Source: Marsupella aquatica
Lineage: Eukaryota; Plantae; Marchantiophyta
DNA length: 64,000 nt
Assembly (NCBI GenBank): GCA_973895155.1
Contig: OZ316893.1
Location: 5,904,171 to 5,968,170 of the forward strand
Direction: 5' to 3'
The position numbers and the translations under genes are program-made. The number at the start of each line of letters is the position of its first letter. Within the stretch, counting starts at the first letter, position 1. Below the pieces are notes generated by a model. That model was not told the DNA's origin. It searched no databases and saw only the letters and a program-made list of their open reading frames with translations. Below are positions 38,693 to 51,649 of this stretch, piece after piece.

Positions 38693-39379
38693 ATCGCTAC
38701 GAGGAAACTCACAGCCCTAATGTTGTCGGGTGACAATGTGAGAGCACTCTACCTGAGCACGCACTGCCTTGCAACGGTAAACCCTACAAGTAAACCTGCA
38801 CCGACTGGGACACAAAACGCAACATTTGATATGTTGTTCTCGATGTTTGACCGGACTAAGGAAGGCATCCAATGCAAGGTAGTGTAAAATAACATTCCTG
38901 TGCAAAGGGCCACGATTGCATGAGGGGATGATTATAGATGCTACATAGACGGTCCAGATGTTGTGATCCTATCCCTCATCAAAAGACTTGGGAGACCCTT
39001 AGGAAAGGGGGGGGCATGTGCACCCTAAACCATTACTCATTATGACCCCCAAAACATATAAATACATACAAGGGGGAGCTTATTGATTGATGAGGTCTTG
39101 GGGGCGAGCTTGGGGGTATGTTTAGAAGGATTTCATTCAAACATAATTGTGGACTGACTTAGTCTAATTTTAACACTTCACCCTAAACCCTGCCCCTTTA
39201 TGAACATAATTATGCATGTTCCGTCGTACACCCTAAATATATATATCATTGTTTTGTGTATGTAACTCATGGTCGGCTCCTACCATCAATATGGCGGAAT
39301 ACGTCATCAAGGGGTGTAATGAGTCATATTGTGTGTGGCTTACATGATTGTTGCATTGACATCAATGACCATTTTTGTA

Positions 39380-42300
39380 AGTCGTACAACTTGGGAGTGT
39401 TTTGCCCAAAGTTGAGTGATGCCCTTCCATGATGCAGAATGTGCGTGTTAAAAAGTGTTGTGGAAGCCAACTGGCATAACTAGTGGCCGAGGGTTGTCAA
39501 ATACCCCATTCCGCACCATGTGGAGTGGGTAGCATCCCTAATGGCCGGCTACAATCACGGATATTGCAAATTAGCCCCCGAAACTCCCAACGGGTCATAT
39601 TGTCCATGGCATGCTTGACTGCCGCATTGACATCATCCTATGACTCTATAAATGACGAAAATATTCAATCACTTGCATAAATGAAGCAAAATCCCTTGAA
39701 AATGACAAAATATGAGTGGTTTGCACCCCTTTGGGCAAATGACTTGAAAGTCGTACAACTTGGGAGTGTTTTGCCCAAAGTTGGGTGATGCCCTATCATT
39801 GTGCAAAAGTTTGGTCATAAAACTATTGCTTTGCCAATTAGTGATAACTAGTGGCCCAGGATTGAGGGGCACCCTATCCCACACCATGTGGAGTGGGTAG
39901 CATGCTCAATGACGGGCCCCTATCACCAACAATGGCCGATCAGCGGCCTGAGTTCCAGAAGAGTCATATTGTCCATGGCATGCATGACTGCTACATTGAC
40001 ATGAACAATGACTTGTTTCCGTGTCATTTGAATAAATGACATATCCTAGCACTCATAAAATGACCAACACAATGACTCACAGGCACAATTGACTGAAAAT
40101 GGCTTGGGAATGACCATATGGGAGTGATTTGGACCCCTTTGGACAAATGACTCCAAAGTCATACAACTTGGGAGAGTTTTGCCCAAAGTTGGGCCATGCC
40201 CTTCCATGATGCAAAATGTGTGTGTTAAAAAGTGTTGTGGAGGCCAAGTGGCATAACTAGTGGCCCAGGGTTGGTGAGGGTAGGGGTTGGTGAGTACCCT
40301 GTGGCACACCATGTGGAGTGGGTAGCATCCCTAATGGCCGGCTACAATCATGGATATGGCCAGTCGACCCCCGGAGGCCCCAAAGAATCATATTGTCCAT
40401 GGCATGCATGACTGCAACAGTGACATCATGAATGACCTATTTTTGTGTCATTTGCATGAATGACGTCTCCCAACACTCCCTAAATGACACAAACCCTTAG
40501 TCACGTGCACAAATGACTCTAGATCCCTTGCCAATGACGAACAATAGTGGTTTGCACCCCTTTGGGCAAATGACTCCAAAGTCATACAACTTGGGAGTGT
40601 TTTGCCCAAAGTTGGGTGATGCCCTTCCGCAATGTAAAATGTGTGTTTTAAAAAGTGTTGTGGAGGCCAAATGGCATAACTAGTGGCTGAGGGTGTACGA
40701 GTACCCCATCCCGCATCATGTGGAGTGGGTAGCATCCCTAATGGCCGGCTACGATCGCGTATATTGCGAATAAGCCCCCAAAGGCCCCAAGGAGTCATAT
40801 TGTCCATGGCATGCTTGACTGCCGCATTGACATCATCAATGACTTATTTTTGTGTCATTTGCTTAAATGACACCCATTGGCACTCCACAAATGACAAAAA
40901 CCTTTAGTCACACACACAAATGACTCAAGATCCCTTGCAAATGACCAAATTAGAATGATTGGCACGCTTTGGGCAAATGACTCCAAAGTCATACAACTTG
41001 GGAGTGTTTTGCCCAAAGTTGGGTGATGCCCTTCCATGATGCAAAATGTGTGTTTTAAAAAGTGTTGTGGAGGCCAAGTGGCATAACTAGTGGCTCAGGG
41101 TGTACAAGTACTCCATCCCGCACCATGTGGAGTGGGTAGCATCCCTAATGGCCGGCTACGATCGCGTATATTGCGAATAAGCCCCCAAAGGCCCCAAGGA
41201 GTCATATTGTCCATGGCATGCTTGACTGCCGCATTGACATCATCAATGACTTATTTTTGTGTCATTTGCTTAAATGACACCCCTCGGCACTCCACAAATG
41301 ACAAAAACCTTTAGTCACACACACAAATGACTCAAGATCCCTTGCAAATGACCAAATTAGAATGATTTGCACCCCTTTGGGCAACTGACTCCAAAGTCAT
41401 ACAACTTGGGAGTGTTTTGCCCAAAGTTGGGTGATGCCCTTCCATGATGCAAAATGTGTGTTTTAAAAAGTGTTGTGGAGGCCAAGTGGCATAACTAGTG
41501 GCTCAGGGTGTACAAGTACTCCATTCCGCACCATGTGGAGTGGGTAGCATCCCTAATGGCCAGCTACGATCGCGTATATTGCGAATAAGCCCCCAAAGGC
41601 CCCAAGGAGTCATATTGTCCATGGCATGCTTGACTGCCGCATTGACATCATCAATGACTTATTTTTGTGTCATTTGCTTAAATGACACCCATTGGCACTC
41701 CACAAATGACAAAAACCTTTAGTCACACACACAAATGACTCAAGATCCCTTGCAAATGACCAAATTAGAATGATTGGCACGCTTTGGGCAAATGACTCCA
41801 AAGTCATACAACTTGGGAGTGTTTTGCCCAAAGTTGGGTGATGCCCTCCATGATGCAAAATGTGTGTTTTAAAAAGTGTTGTGGAGGCCAAGTGGCATAA
41901 CTAGTGGCTCAGGGTGTACAAGTACTCCATCCCGCACCATGTGGAGTGGGTAGCATCCCTAATGGCCGGCTACGATCGCGTATATTGCGAATAAGCCCCC
42001 AAAGGCCCCAAGGAGTCATATTGTCCATGGCATGCTTGACTGCCGCATTGACATCAAAAATGACTTATTTTTGTGTCATTTGCTTAAATGACACCCATTG
42101 GCACTCCACAAATGACAGAAACCTTTAGTCACACACACAAATGACTCAAGATCCCTTGCAAATGACCAAATTAGAATGATTGGCACGCTTTGGGCAAATG
42201 ACTCCAAAGTCATACAACTTGGGAGTGTTTTGCCCAAAGTTGGGTGATGCCCTTCCATGATGCAAAATGTGTGTTTTAAAAAGTGTTGTGGAGGCCAAGT

Positions 42301-42870
42301 GGCATAACTAGTGGCTCAGGGTGTACAAGTACTCCATCCCGCACCATGTGGAGTGGGTAGCATCCCTAATGGCCGGCTACGATCGCGTATATTGCGAATA
42401 AGCCCCCAAAGGCCCCAAGGAGTCATATTGTCCATGGCATGCTTGACTGCCGCATTGACATCATCAATGACTTATTTTTGTGTCATTTGCTTAAATGACA
42501 CCCATTGGCACTCCACAAATGACAAAAACCTTTAGTCACATGCACAAATGACTCAAGATCCCTTGCAAATGACCAAATTAGAATGATTTGCACCCCTTTG
42601 GGCAAATGACTCCAACGTCATACAACTTGGGAGTGTTTTGCCCAAAGTTGGGTGATGCCCTTCCACGATGCAAAATGTGTATTTTAAAAAGTGTTGTGGA
42701 GGCCAAGTGGCATAACTAGTGGCCCAGGGTTGTCAAGTACCCTACCCCGCACCATGTGAAGTGGGTATCATCCTTAATGGCCGGCCCCTATCACCAATGG
42801 GGTCAATCAGCCACCAAAGGCTCTTAAGAGTAATATTCTGCATGGCATACATGACCACAACATTGACATC
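39380..42870. repeat. ~407-bp tandem satellite, ~8.5 units
   Basis: tacaacttgggagtgttttgcccaaagttgg recurs; equivalent ORFs start at 40683, 41090, 41498, 41904 and 42311 (period 406-408). Confidence 0.97.
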
Positions 42871-43419
42871 CCAAATGACATTTGCATAAATGACATCTAG
42901 CGGCACTTGTCAAATGACTAGAAAGTTGAGTGAAAGCAAAAATGATTGGGAATCCTTTGCAAATAACATGAATAATATATTGAAAAAAATGACATGAGAA
43001 AATATAGGCATGTAGTACCTAAATTCTAAACCTTAAACCCTAGACCTATGCTAGAGAGTGTTATTTGGCAACCTTGCATGCCCCCATATATACTCAAACA
43101 TGTGAAATGTGAATACAGCTTAAGGAATGTAAACACTTCAGGAGTCCTTGGCATATATAGGAAAGATGTAATGAATGGGTGCAAGTATATATTTAAATGT
43201 ACATACTTATTAGAGATTATCAAGCCTTTAAGTTGTACATCAATTTAATGATGAGACTCACAACAAAAGAAGGCTTGTTAGGTCTCTAAATGTATTTCAA
43301 ATCTAATATGTGAGTGCCACTAGTCTTTATATATACTACCATACATTTTGGATGACTAATCATACCCTAAACCCTAAAACATATACTAAACCATAAACCT
43401 CAAAATAGTCATATGTTGT

Positions 43420-43809
43420 TTATCATGTCATTTATCACTTTTGGTTTAAATGACTACTAACATTTTTAAACACTGATATTTGCATATTTGATTTATTAGT
43501 CATTAGTCACCGTTGTCTGAAATGACTTCCCATATGTGAAACACTGATATGACAGAGTTTTTGTTAATTGTGTCATTCACAAAGACTGTCCAAAATGACT
43601 ACAACTCATGACTGTTGTCATTATAGCAGTCAAAGTCATTTGGCTCATTGGTTTAAATGACACTATTGCAAGTATTAGTCATTTTTTGCACCCCGTCATT
43701 TTGGATAGTCATTTCAATGTCATTTATGTTATGTCATTTACATATTTTGTCATTTGAGCACATAAGTCATATGTGTCATAGTCATAAAAGGCCCCATTTT
43801 CTACTAGTG
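43420..43809. mobile_element. CACTA right end with ATGAC/GTCAT subterminal repeats
   Basis: Terminus GGCCCCATTTTCTACTAGTG at 43809 (rc CACTAGTAGAAAATGGGGCC); dense aaatgac/gtcatt motifs. Confidence 0.85.
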
Positions 43810-44154
43810 CTTGCTACATCAATAGCTGCAGGTTTGTTCTCGGGGTCAATAGCCTTCTTTATAGTTCGAGACGGGCGGTCGATAATTGTCGCACAATCTC
43901 GAGGTGGAACGGTGATGTCTATCCTTTCAATTTTACGCCACAAGTGGCAGCTTGGATTCATCAAGCTCGTTCGCGACAACTTGGCGACGATCGAATCTCT
44001 CTAGTGCTGGAATTTGAAAGTTTCCACTTCCTGAATCAAACAGTGCTCACTGTCAAGCACAGAATCACGTATCACGTTAAGCTTTGGTGGCATGGCCCTA
44101 AATGAGTACATACTAGCACACTACACACCACTTGCTGAGCAACTGCACGGGAGT

Positions 44155-44417
44155 CAGGGGGCACCTTATGAAATTGTTCTATACCCATGTGCAAACGTCC
44201 CTATTTAATCATTTAATCATTCTCTCAACACAAAAAAAAACCCACCAATCATTTATTGACATGTGGCAAGTAATGAATCATGTGATGACAAGTAGCATTT
44301 TTTTTAATTGTTACCCCCCTTCCTTACTTCCTCGCTACTTCTAAATACTCCCTAAAATGAATAAAATGTTCCTTACTTGGCACATGATGTCCACATTTGT
44401 AAAAGTGAACCCCCCTG
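44155..44417. mobile_element. Possible small MITE
   Basis: Ends CAGGGGG.../...CCCCCTG plus internal inverted repeat catgtggcaagtaa/ttacttggcacatg; no convincing TSD. Confidence 0.35.
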
Positions 44418-45989
44418 GAGGCAGGCAGTGAAGGAGCTAGAGGCCCATGGTACAGTTTCTAGTAAGATTTCTAAGGCAACCGACCCAAGAGTTGAGGACA
44501 GCCCCACATGATGTGCAATTGTCCACATTTGTCAATTGTCAAGAAGTAGATTGTGTGGACAACAGTGTAATTTGTCCCTTTTCTACCAATTATAACGAAG
44601 AGGGAGGTGTATCTGGGGAAGGGTATGATAGAATCTTAGAGTGATATACTTCCAGAAGACGGTAAAGGGAGCCGCACTGGAGTGTTTGTTCATTTGTGAG
44701 CACGGACCTGCTTGTGTATAAAGCAAGTCTTCCTGTGGCAAATTGGCGCCATGGGTTGAGTTTGTTACCCAGATCTACAACAAGGCGTCTCAAACCTGTT
44801 GTTCGGCATTTTCTCTGTCAGCCGCTATGCAATTCCGTCCCCTACATCAAACTCAACCCAGGGGGTATTCAGTTCGAGATGGGTCATAATACTCACCCAC
44901 CTTTATGTTGGAAAACACTTGCTCGTAAGTTACTTAAGGAGATTAAGTCCTACAGTTAGCTAATCTGGCGCCTCCATTCTTACTTAATTACCTGCTGCTC
45001 TTTTCTCTAGTGTCGATCCTAGGTTATTACCTTCCCTCCATTGATTTCCTTTTCTCTGATCCCTACTTATAGTGAGCCCTGCGATCAGTCCTATGTAGCA
45101 ATAGATTATTAGTGGTACCAACACTTTAAACTAACTATCAGCAAATTTTCAGATGATTAGAAGTGTTTTTCCTGTTCAAGGGTGCCAACAATTCTCAAAG
45201 GGGGTGGACACATTGCATGAATCAATGTGCCAATAGTGTAGATGCTGGTCATACCAGGCCTTACATTGCCTATGCCGTGGGCATCGTCAGCCGCTACATG
45301 AGCGCTCCACAATAACAACACTGAGACTCTGTCCAAAACATTCTCAAGTACTTACACAACACATCCAACTACAGGACTACCTTAGTTAGTCAATACCTCT
45401 ACGACCTCCCTTCAAGGATTCACCAACCCTGACTTTCTGGGCTGCCCTGAAGCTCGTCGCTCCCGAGGTGCTTACGCCCCTGGGCCCCCACTCCCAGTAA
45501 AACATCTGACCCTACCACCCTGTGAATGGAACCCCCCCCCCAACACGGTACCCCTGGCTTGTTACTATTTTTGGAACATTAAAAATTGGGCCATAGATTG
45601 ATAGTTGGAGGGCCGGATCTTCCCTATTTTGGATCCAAGGGCAGGGCAGGGCAGGATAAGCCCCATGTGTTTCCTCATAGGGTAGTCTGAAGGGCAGTCT
45701 CAATGGTTCAAAAAATCCACCCTAAACCCCTCAATATACCCTACCCTAAACCCCACAATTTACAAAGGCATACCAAAAGGCATAGACATATGTACCTATT
45801 AGATGATACCACATGTACCGTTAATTAAGATCATGCTGCATGGCAGAGAGGATTATTTAATTACCCCCTTCCCAAAAACAAATGGGAGTGGAATATCAAG
45901 TCTGTGCCCTTCCTTACTTAGAAAGTGACATTTGTATATAATTGCAAGTTGCTTAGTACTTACAAACAAATTGTAAAAATTACCTCGGT

Positions 45990-46674
45990 ATGAATAGAAT
46001 CATTCAACCCTTGAATCGTTCTCACGTCCGACCCGTTTTACCTAAGAGTGGGGGCCCAAGGGCCAAAGAAGCTGTCCACATTGGTAGACTACTTGCCGAA
46101 CTAGATCCACATTCCAAACTTACAGTTCCTCTCACCTCTTCAAATCCATCCATTCATCATATAACCTCTCCCATCCAGGTTGCTCTTGACCAACTCCAGG
46201 ATGTACTTAAGCCATGGGAGACTATCGATATGCCACTTGCCCTTAACACTAATGAACTGAAGATTGACTGCCAGCTCATCATTGCGAGGGATGCCGGGCG
46301 ACAGCAGGGCCCCTGGCTCTGCGCGCACCAACCTCGTGGACTTTAAGGAGGGTAGGAGACTATTTTTTAGGAACCTTAGTTACTAAGGTTGGCAGTAGGC
46401 AAATGATTTCTTTGGACTATAGAGTTAGTATTCATCCACATCATAGGATCAACCCTAGAAGCCAACCGAATAACAAGACTTTCACCTGGATACATGATAT
46501 GGCCCCGGGCAGGGGGGGCTTCAGGCCTCCATGGCCGGATTAGGGCTGGTTTGTGGGGTGTGTGTGGTGTTTTGGCTTGGGTGTTGGGCCCTGTTTGTGT
46601 TTTTGGCCTGGGTGGCTTTCGTCCCCTTGCGTGATATGGACGGGTCTCTGCGCCCCTTTTTGGAAAGAAAAAAA
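45990..46674 (+). mobile_element. LINE 3' fragment related to 10700-11575, nested in the copia pol
   Basis: ALDQLQDVLKPWE vs AIEQLQAMLKPWE; GT-rich UTR ending TTTTTGGAAAGAAAAAAA. Confidence 0.65.
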
Positions 46675-47601
46675 GCACCTCTCCCATCCACACATTTCTA
46701 CCTTCGCTGACATCCACTTACATTGTGACAACTAGGGGTCTATCAAGCTCGCCAACAATCTAGTATTTCACTCACACACCAAACACATCCAAGGGAAGTT
46801 AGCACCATTTCATCCGCAAAAGAGTGCTAGAGGGGGAAATCTTGTTATCTTACATCAACACAAACAAAAATAAAGCCGACATCTTCACCAAGCCACTCTC
46901 AAAACTCAAGTTTCAGAAACACACTACTGAAAAACACTTACTACCTACATTCTGTATTGCAATAGGAAAACTCTGCCTCCCACAATGTACGAAAACTCTG
47001 GTGACAATTTCCCGGATAACCACTTACTTCCTAGTCTGCTTCCTCCCGATTCAGGTAGATTCATGGCCTACGCCTGACTGCCACTGCATTATAACAATGT
47101 CTGTACATTATTGGCATTTCATCAGCTGAAGCCACTTGAAAAACCTGTGCTTTTGAGGCCCTCGGCTCTTGCACTTCTGCTCTCATCAACGACACCATCA
47201 TATGTGTCTCCTGCTGCTCATCAATTTGCATCTGAGGATCTTTCCAATACTCCTCTGTCTTCAGCATACTGACTCACTCCTCCACATCCAGCAAATGAAT
47301 CCATCGAGCGACTCTTCTACATCCCTCCGATATCAAATGGACCAATATTAGTGCACCAACACTTCCAAGCTACCACATATACTGACCACTAGCACATGAT
47401 AGAACCATCACCCTATTCATTAAAAGTGTATTTTATTTTGTTCACTTTTAGGCCTCTAAATGTTCACTTTTTGGTCTCTAAATGTACACTTTTTAAACCC
47501 AAAAGGTACACTATGGAATAATATGCCACACCTAAATGATCAATTGTAAACTTGAGGTGACAAAAATGATTTTGACTAGAAAGAGTCTCATCCTAGTTCA
47601 T

Positions 47602-50600
47602 TGTAGCAAGGTGATAAAGAGATAAATGACTATTTACTCCTTAACAACTCAATTTCGTTCCCGTTAGGAGTGGATAAGATCGAAAAGACTGAATTAACAC
47701 AATTTGAGAAGTTTACACCAACATTCTTAGGTTGGAGAGATTTCTAATGATCTCCTTAACATAAGTGTTTAACCACAAACTCAAGTGGGTAATCCTTAGG
47801 ATTCACAGTGCAATAATAAAGACTAGAATTAACAAAGATTGAAACTAGAGAGAGAGTAGATAGGAGTTTTCAAAGTGCAAGAGAATTGAATTTCTGACCA
47901 TCACCACTCCTTCAATAAGGATTATGGCCTAATTTAAGATTCAGAAATCAACATTTTCTATGCTTTTTGATTTCTCGTAGCAACTCTTCTCCATCTCTTG
48001 AATTTAGAAGACAACAATATAAATCAACCCGAGACACTTTTCTGGTCTTGCTTAAGACAGTACTAGGATACTCGAATTGGTTTACTTCTCCTACAATCCT
48101 TAAGATTGCTTGTTTGAGTTTTGTGTAAATGTTAATTTCCTCTTTGGTGAATCTTCCAAATGTGTTGATCACAAATCTCATTGATCTTTCAATATCATTA
48201 AGGCACACTCTAGCATTCATTGAACACTTCACAACAACTCAAGGGTTGCTAAACTTCTTCCTTTTACTCAACCATGGTAAAAAGAAGGGAAGAAAAGACA
48301 TAGATTCCTTCAAAGGCAATGAGGAAATCAAATGTATATTTTCTCTCTCTCCTCCGGGTTGACTTTGGGTTCTCCTCCTTTTGTACTAAAAGTGGAGATT
48401 ATGAAAAGACATGCCTTTTCAAAACCCAAGTCTAAAGAAGTATGTAAATAAAAGTAAACTATCCTAGTCAAAAATAGAGTAGAGACTACAATGGATATAT
48501 CAACAAAATGCTGGAGTCTACTTACTCATATACTAGTCTACATAGCCATTTCTAGGTTTAAACTAATGTGGCTCTAACTCTCTAAATATAGTTCTATTCA
48601 GGTCCTATCTTCTGGGAAGGATCCTCCTCAGGGTTGGCCATGGCAAGGGGTTCTGGCCGAAGGTAAACTCCCTACTGGCCAGTGGTAAAAGGGATGGACG
48701 GGTCAATATCCATGTTCTCCTGATGGGCACTTGGGTCATGAGAATAGGTGTAAGAATGAGAGTGGAAGTGGGTACTAGGAGTGGGGAAACCAGGAGGGTT
48801 GAGGGGTGATGAGGGGCCAGTGGAATAGACTCCTTCATGAGGACTAGGAGAGAAAGATCTGGTAGTAAAGGGAGGAATCTCAGTATTAGCTAATAGCTCC
48901 TCTGTAGTCAAGTCACTCATCTCCCTTAAGGCTTCACAGGTCTTTGAGAGGCCTGTAAGTGCATCATCCACCTTGGTACTCACATCTACCACTAAATGGT
49001 TAATCTTGGAGAAAAGGATGGGTGTGGTGTTCTTGGCCAAATACTCATCATAAATCTGGCCCTTAAGAAGATCCAGAGAAGCTATCTTAGTCAAAGGTTC
49101 AACCAGATCCAAAGATTGAGTGATACTGAGTTGGAGAGTATGCTCAAGCTCATTCTTCTGCTTACTCCTTTCCAACTGTTGTTTGAGTTCAGATACCTTC
49201 TTCTTGAGAAACTCATTCTCCTTCTCCAACTTCCTCTTATCTGTGGCATCACTCATGGTAGAGATCTTCTCAAGAATCTGCCCTGGTTTCACTCCTAGCT
49301 TCTGTGAAATGTCGGTGATGACCTTCTCCATCACAATGGTCTTCCTCTTCACCTTCTGGAACGTGTCTGAGATGATCTGGAAATCAGCTAGGGTTTCTTG
49401 GGAGGCATGGCCGGGTGCATCCGGAAATTCATCCGGGTCGACGAAGGCCGGGTCGGAAAAGTCCGGGTCGAGGTTCCGGGTAGCAGACCCGGTCTTTCGA
49501 GGATTTGTCTCTGCTGGTTCCTCATCCTCACTGTCATCAGAGGTGGCCTGGGTGATATCTGGATCTGTCTCTCCATACTTGATGAAGTTGTACTTGGCCA
49601 ATAGTAATTTCTTCTCCTCTCTGAACAAAACTCCTTCAAAGCTATATAGATGTACCAGGTAGCAGGATAGGGGAGTAGGACTCTTGTTGGATAGGTTCTG
49701 TACCAACTTCCTTATCAAATCAAAGATAAGCTTAGCCCAGTTGACTTTTCTTTCTCCCTTGTAAGCAGCAACAATGGTAGAGCCAACTCCAACAGTAACT
49801 CTTCTTGGCTTCTCAGGGTACAGCAGGGGTAGCAGAAAGCTGAAGACTCGTCTCAGATCAGGATCCAAACACTTAGAAACATTGAACCCGCCCTTACTGT
49901 TGATGGCTCCTTTGAAGTAAGGGAGGATCAGATTGACAGCTCTCCCCACTGGACCTTCTCCTTCATCTTCCAATACAAAAGCTCCTGCAATCATCATCTG
50001 AGTCCATCGCTCAGGTCGGCCTCTGGAGGTATCCTTAAACTCAACCGGACACTCCTTCGGATCTCTCTGATCATATCTTTGCTTTGATAACTCCAGGGTA
50101 GCTCCATCAGAGACTCACAGCCCATCCTGAGCAAAGACTCCCTCAGTTTGACCTTCTCAGCTTCACTGTTCGGAATAGCTGGCCTCAGAATTTTCATGGC
50201 AATAGGGACCTCCTTTCTCTTCAATCGTCTCACAGGGGCTTTAACCGGAGTAGGTGCAGGTGATGTTGAGGTTGAATGCCCCTTAGAGACGCGAGAAGTG
50301 GACATTCCGGCTGGATCCGTCCTTTGCTCCATAGGACTTATCAAAGCAGCAAATGGATTCCCAATAAATGGCCTGCCTCCTTGTCGGCGAGCTCTACAAT
50401 GTTGCTACTTCGGAATGGTAAATTGTTTCGGTGTCGACCAATGGTAGAAATGTCCGGGTCGACCTGGCTACGGCATTTTTGATCAACTGACAAGCGCTTC
50501 TGGAAACTTTGATCAAGATTTTGTCAACCACAATGCAGGGTCATCTATCGTGGGGAAAATCGGGACTCAATCGGGCCTGCAATGGTGATGTTCGGGTCGA

Positions 50601-51201
50601 CCTGGCCTTCCTTCTCATCATCGATGTATGCACGATCAGAATCTCAAACTTCCTGCCTTCACTCCCAGCGGCGGAGTAGGCATTCCCCTCACAACGAATC
50701 AGTCAGTACCCTCATATCCAGGCTCTCATCAAGAAATTCAAGATTGGTCCTATAATCCGGATCCAAGATCCTCTACCAAAAGGGTAGAGCCTCCTCACTC
50801 TACTGCTTAAACAGCCTAATGCGCTCGGGAACTCAAAACCTACTAAGTTCGGCTTTGAGAGGTGTGAGAGGCCGGATCGACTCTCCTTCCTTATATCCGG
50901 ATTCTGCTGTGGTCGTGCCTATGTTTGACTTATGGTTTTAAAAACTTTGGCAATGGGTAGCTGTTGTTGAGTAGAGTCTCGGTATAAGCTTTATATCTCA
51001 TTCCAGGCTTATAACAAAAAGTTCCGGGTTGATCCTCCTTCTCTAATATCAATCCGGGTTGACCTCAGATGGGCTTGAAAGTCTCATAACACTTCAAAGT
51101 AGTCTTTAGGTCCCTCTTTAGCCTCATTTGAGATCTTAAACTTAAAAATTCGAAAATTTATGGCTAGTTAACCCTTCCTTCATAAACATCCTTATCTCAC
51201 A
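47602..51201 (-). mobile_element. 3.6-kb TG...CA element (giant solo-LTR-like) with internal ORF
   Basis: Termini TGTAG...CTCACA, the same as element 25677-29704; exact TSD TTCAT (47597-47601, 51202-51206); shared subterminal ttcgttcccgt(a/t)agga. Confidence 0.9.
48672..50332 (-). pseudogene. LTR-borne protein family ORF (one apparent frameshift near 50000-50060)
   Basis: MGCESLMELPWS / GGFNVSKCLDPDLRRVFSFLLPLLYPEKPRRVT..VNWAKLI..SCYLVHLY followed by acidic and coiled-coil regions. Confidence 0.8.
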
Positions 51202-51649
51202 TTCATTTACAAAGGATGAACATGGTGTTACATGTGATGGCCATCAACTTTGTTTCTTGCCTAATTGTACACTTTTTGAAGGCCAAATGTACACTTTCTA
51301 TGCCCAAATGTTCATAAATTGAATAATGATTCACTTTTAATGAATAGATTCATAACCCCATTCTTACTTGGAATTTCCCATTTTGCTAATTTTCTTTTTC
51401 TCATCCCGTATTCTCCCTGCAGATCTCCCCTTTTTTCCTCTCTCCTCACTTACTCGAGAGGGGGTGTTGGAAAACACTTGCTTGTAAGTTACTTAAGGAG
51501 ATTAGGTCCTACACTTAGCCAATCCAGCGCCTTCCAATCCACTCTTTTCTCCACTGTCGATCCTTAAGTGGCTGGATTGAAAGATCCCAGAAGAAATTTT
51601 ACCATTCGTGAATTCTGAAAATTTTGAGTTCATTGGGAAGTGTCCTCAG

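Larger units (their letters stand above)
47413..51347. mobile_element. MITE (~330 bp net) split by the 3.6-kb TG...CA element
   Basis: TIRs CTATTCATTAAAAGTG (47413) / CACTTTTAATGAATAG (51347); tg(t/ta)cactttt repeats on both sides. Confidence 0.75.
44906..51565 (+). mobile_element. Decayed Ty1/copia element with nested insertions
   Basis: LTR copies TGTTGGAAAACACTTGCT at 44906 and 51465, the second preceded by PPT GAGAGGGGG. RT remnants IAYAVGIVSRYM and GCPEARRS (45260-45480); RNase H remnants CDN..LANNLVFHSHTKHI..ADIFTKPL (46715-46920). Confidence 0.85.

Noticed and set aside
39483-42535. Repeated 60-119 aa ORFs
   Set aside because: Translation artefacts of the 407-bp satellite
39020-45755. 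CCCTAAACCC motifs as interstitial telomere
   Set aside because: Only isolated 1-2 unit telo-box-like words, common in plant TEs and promoters
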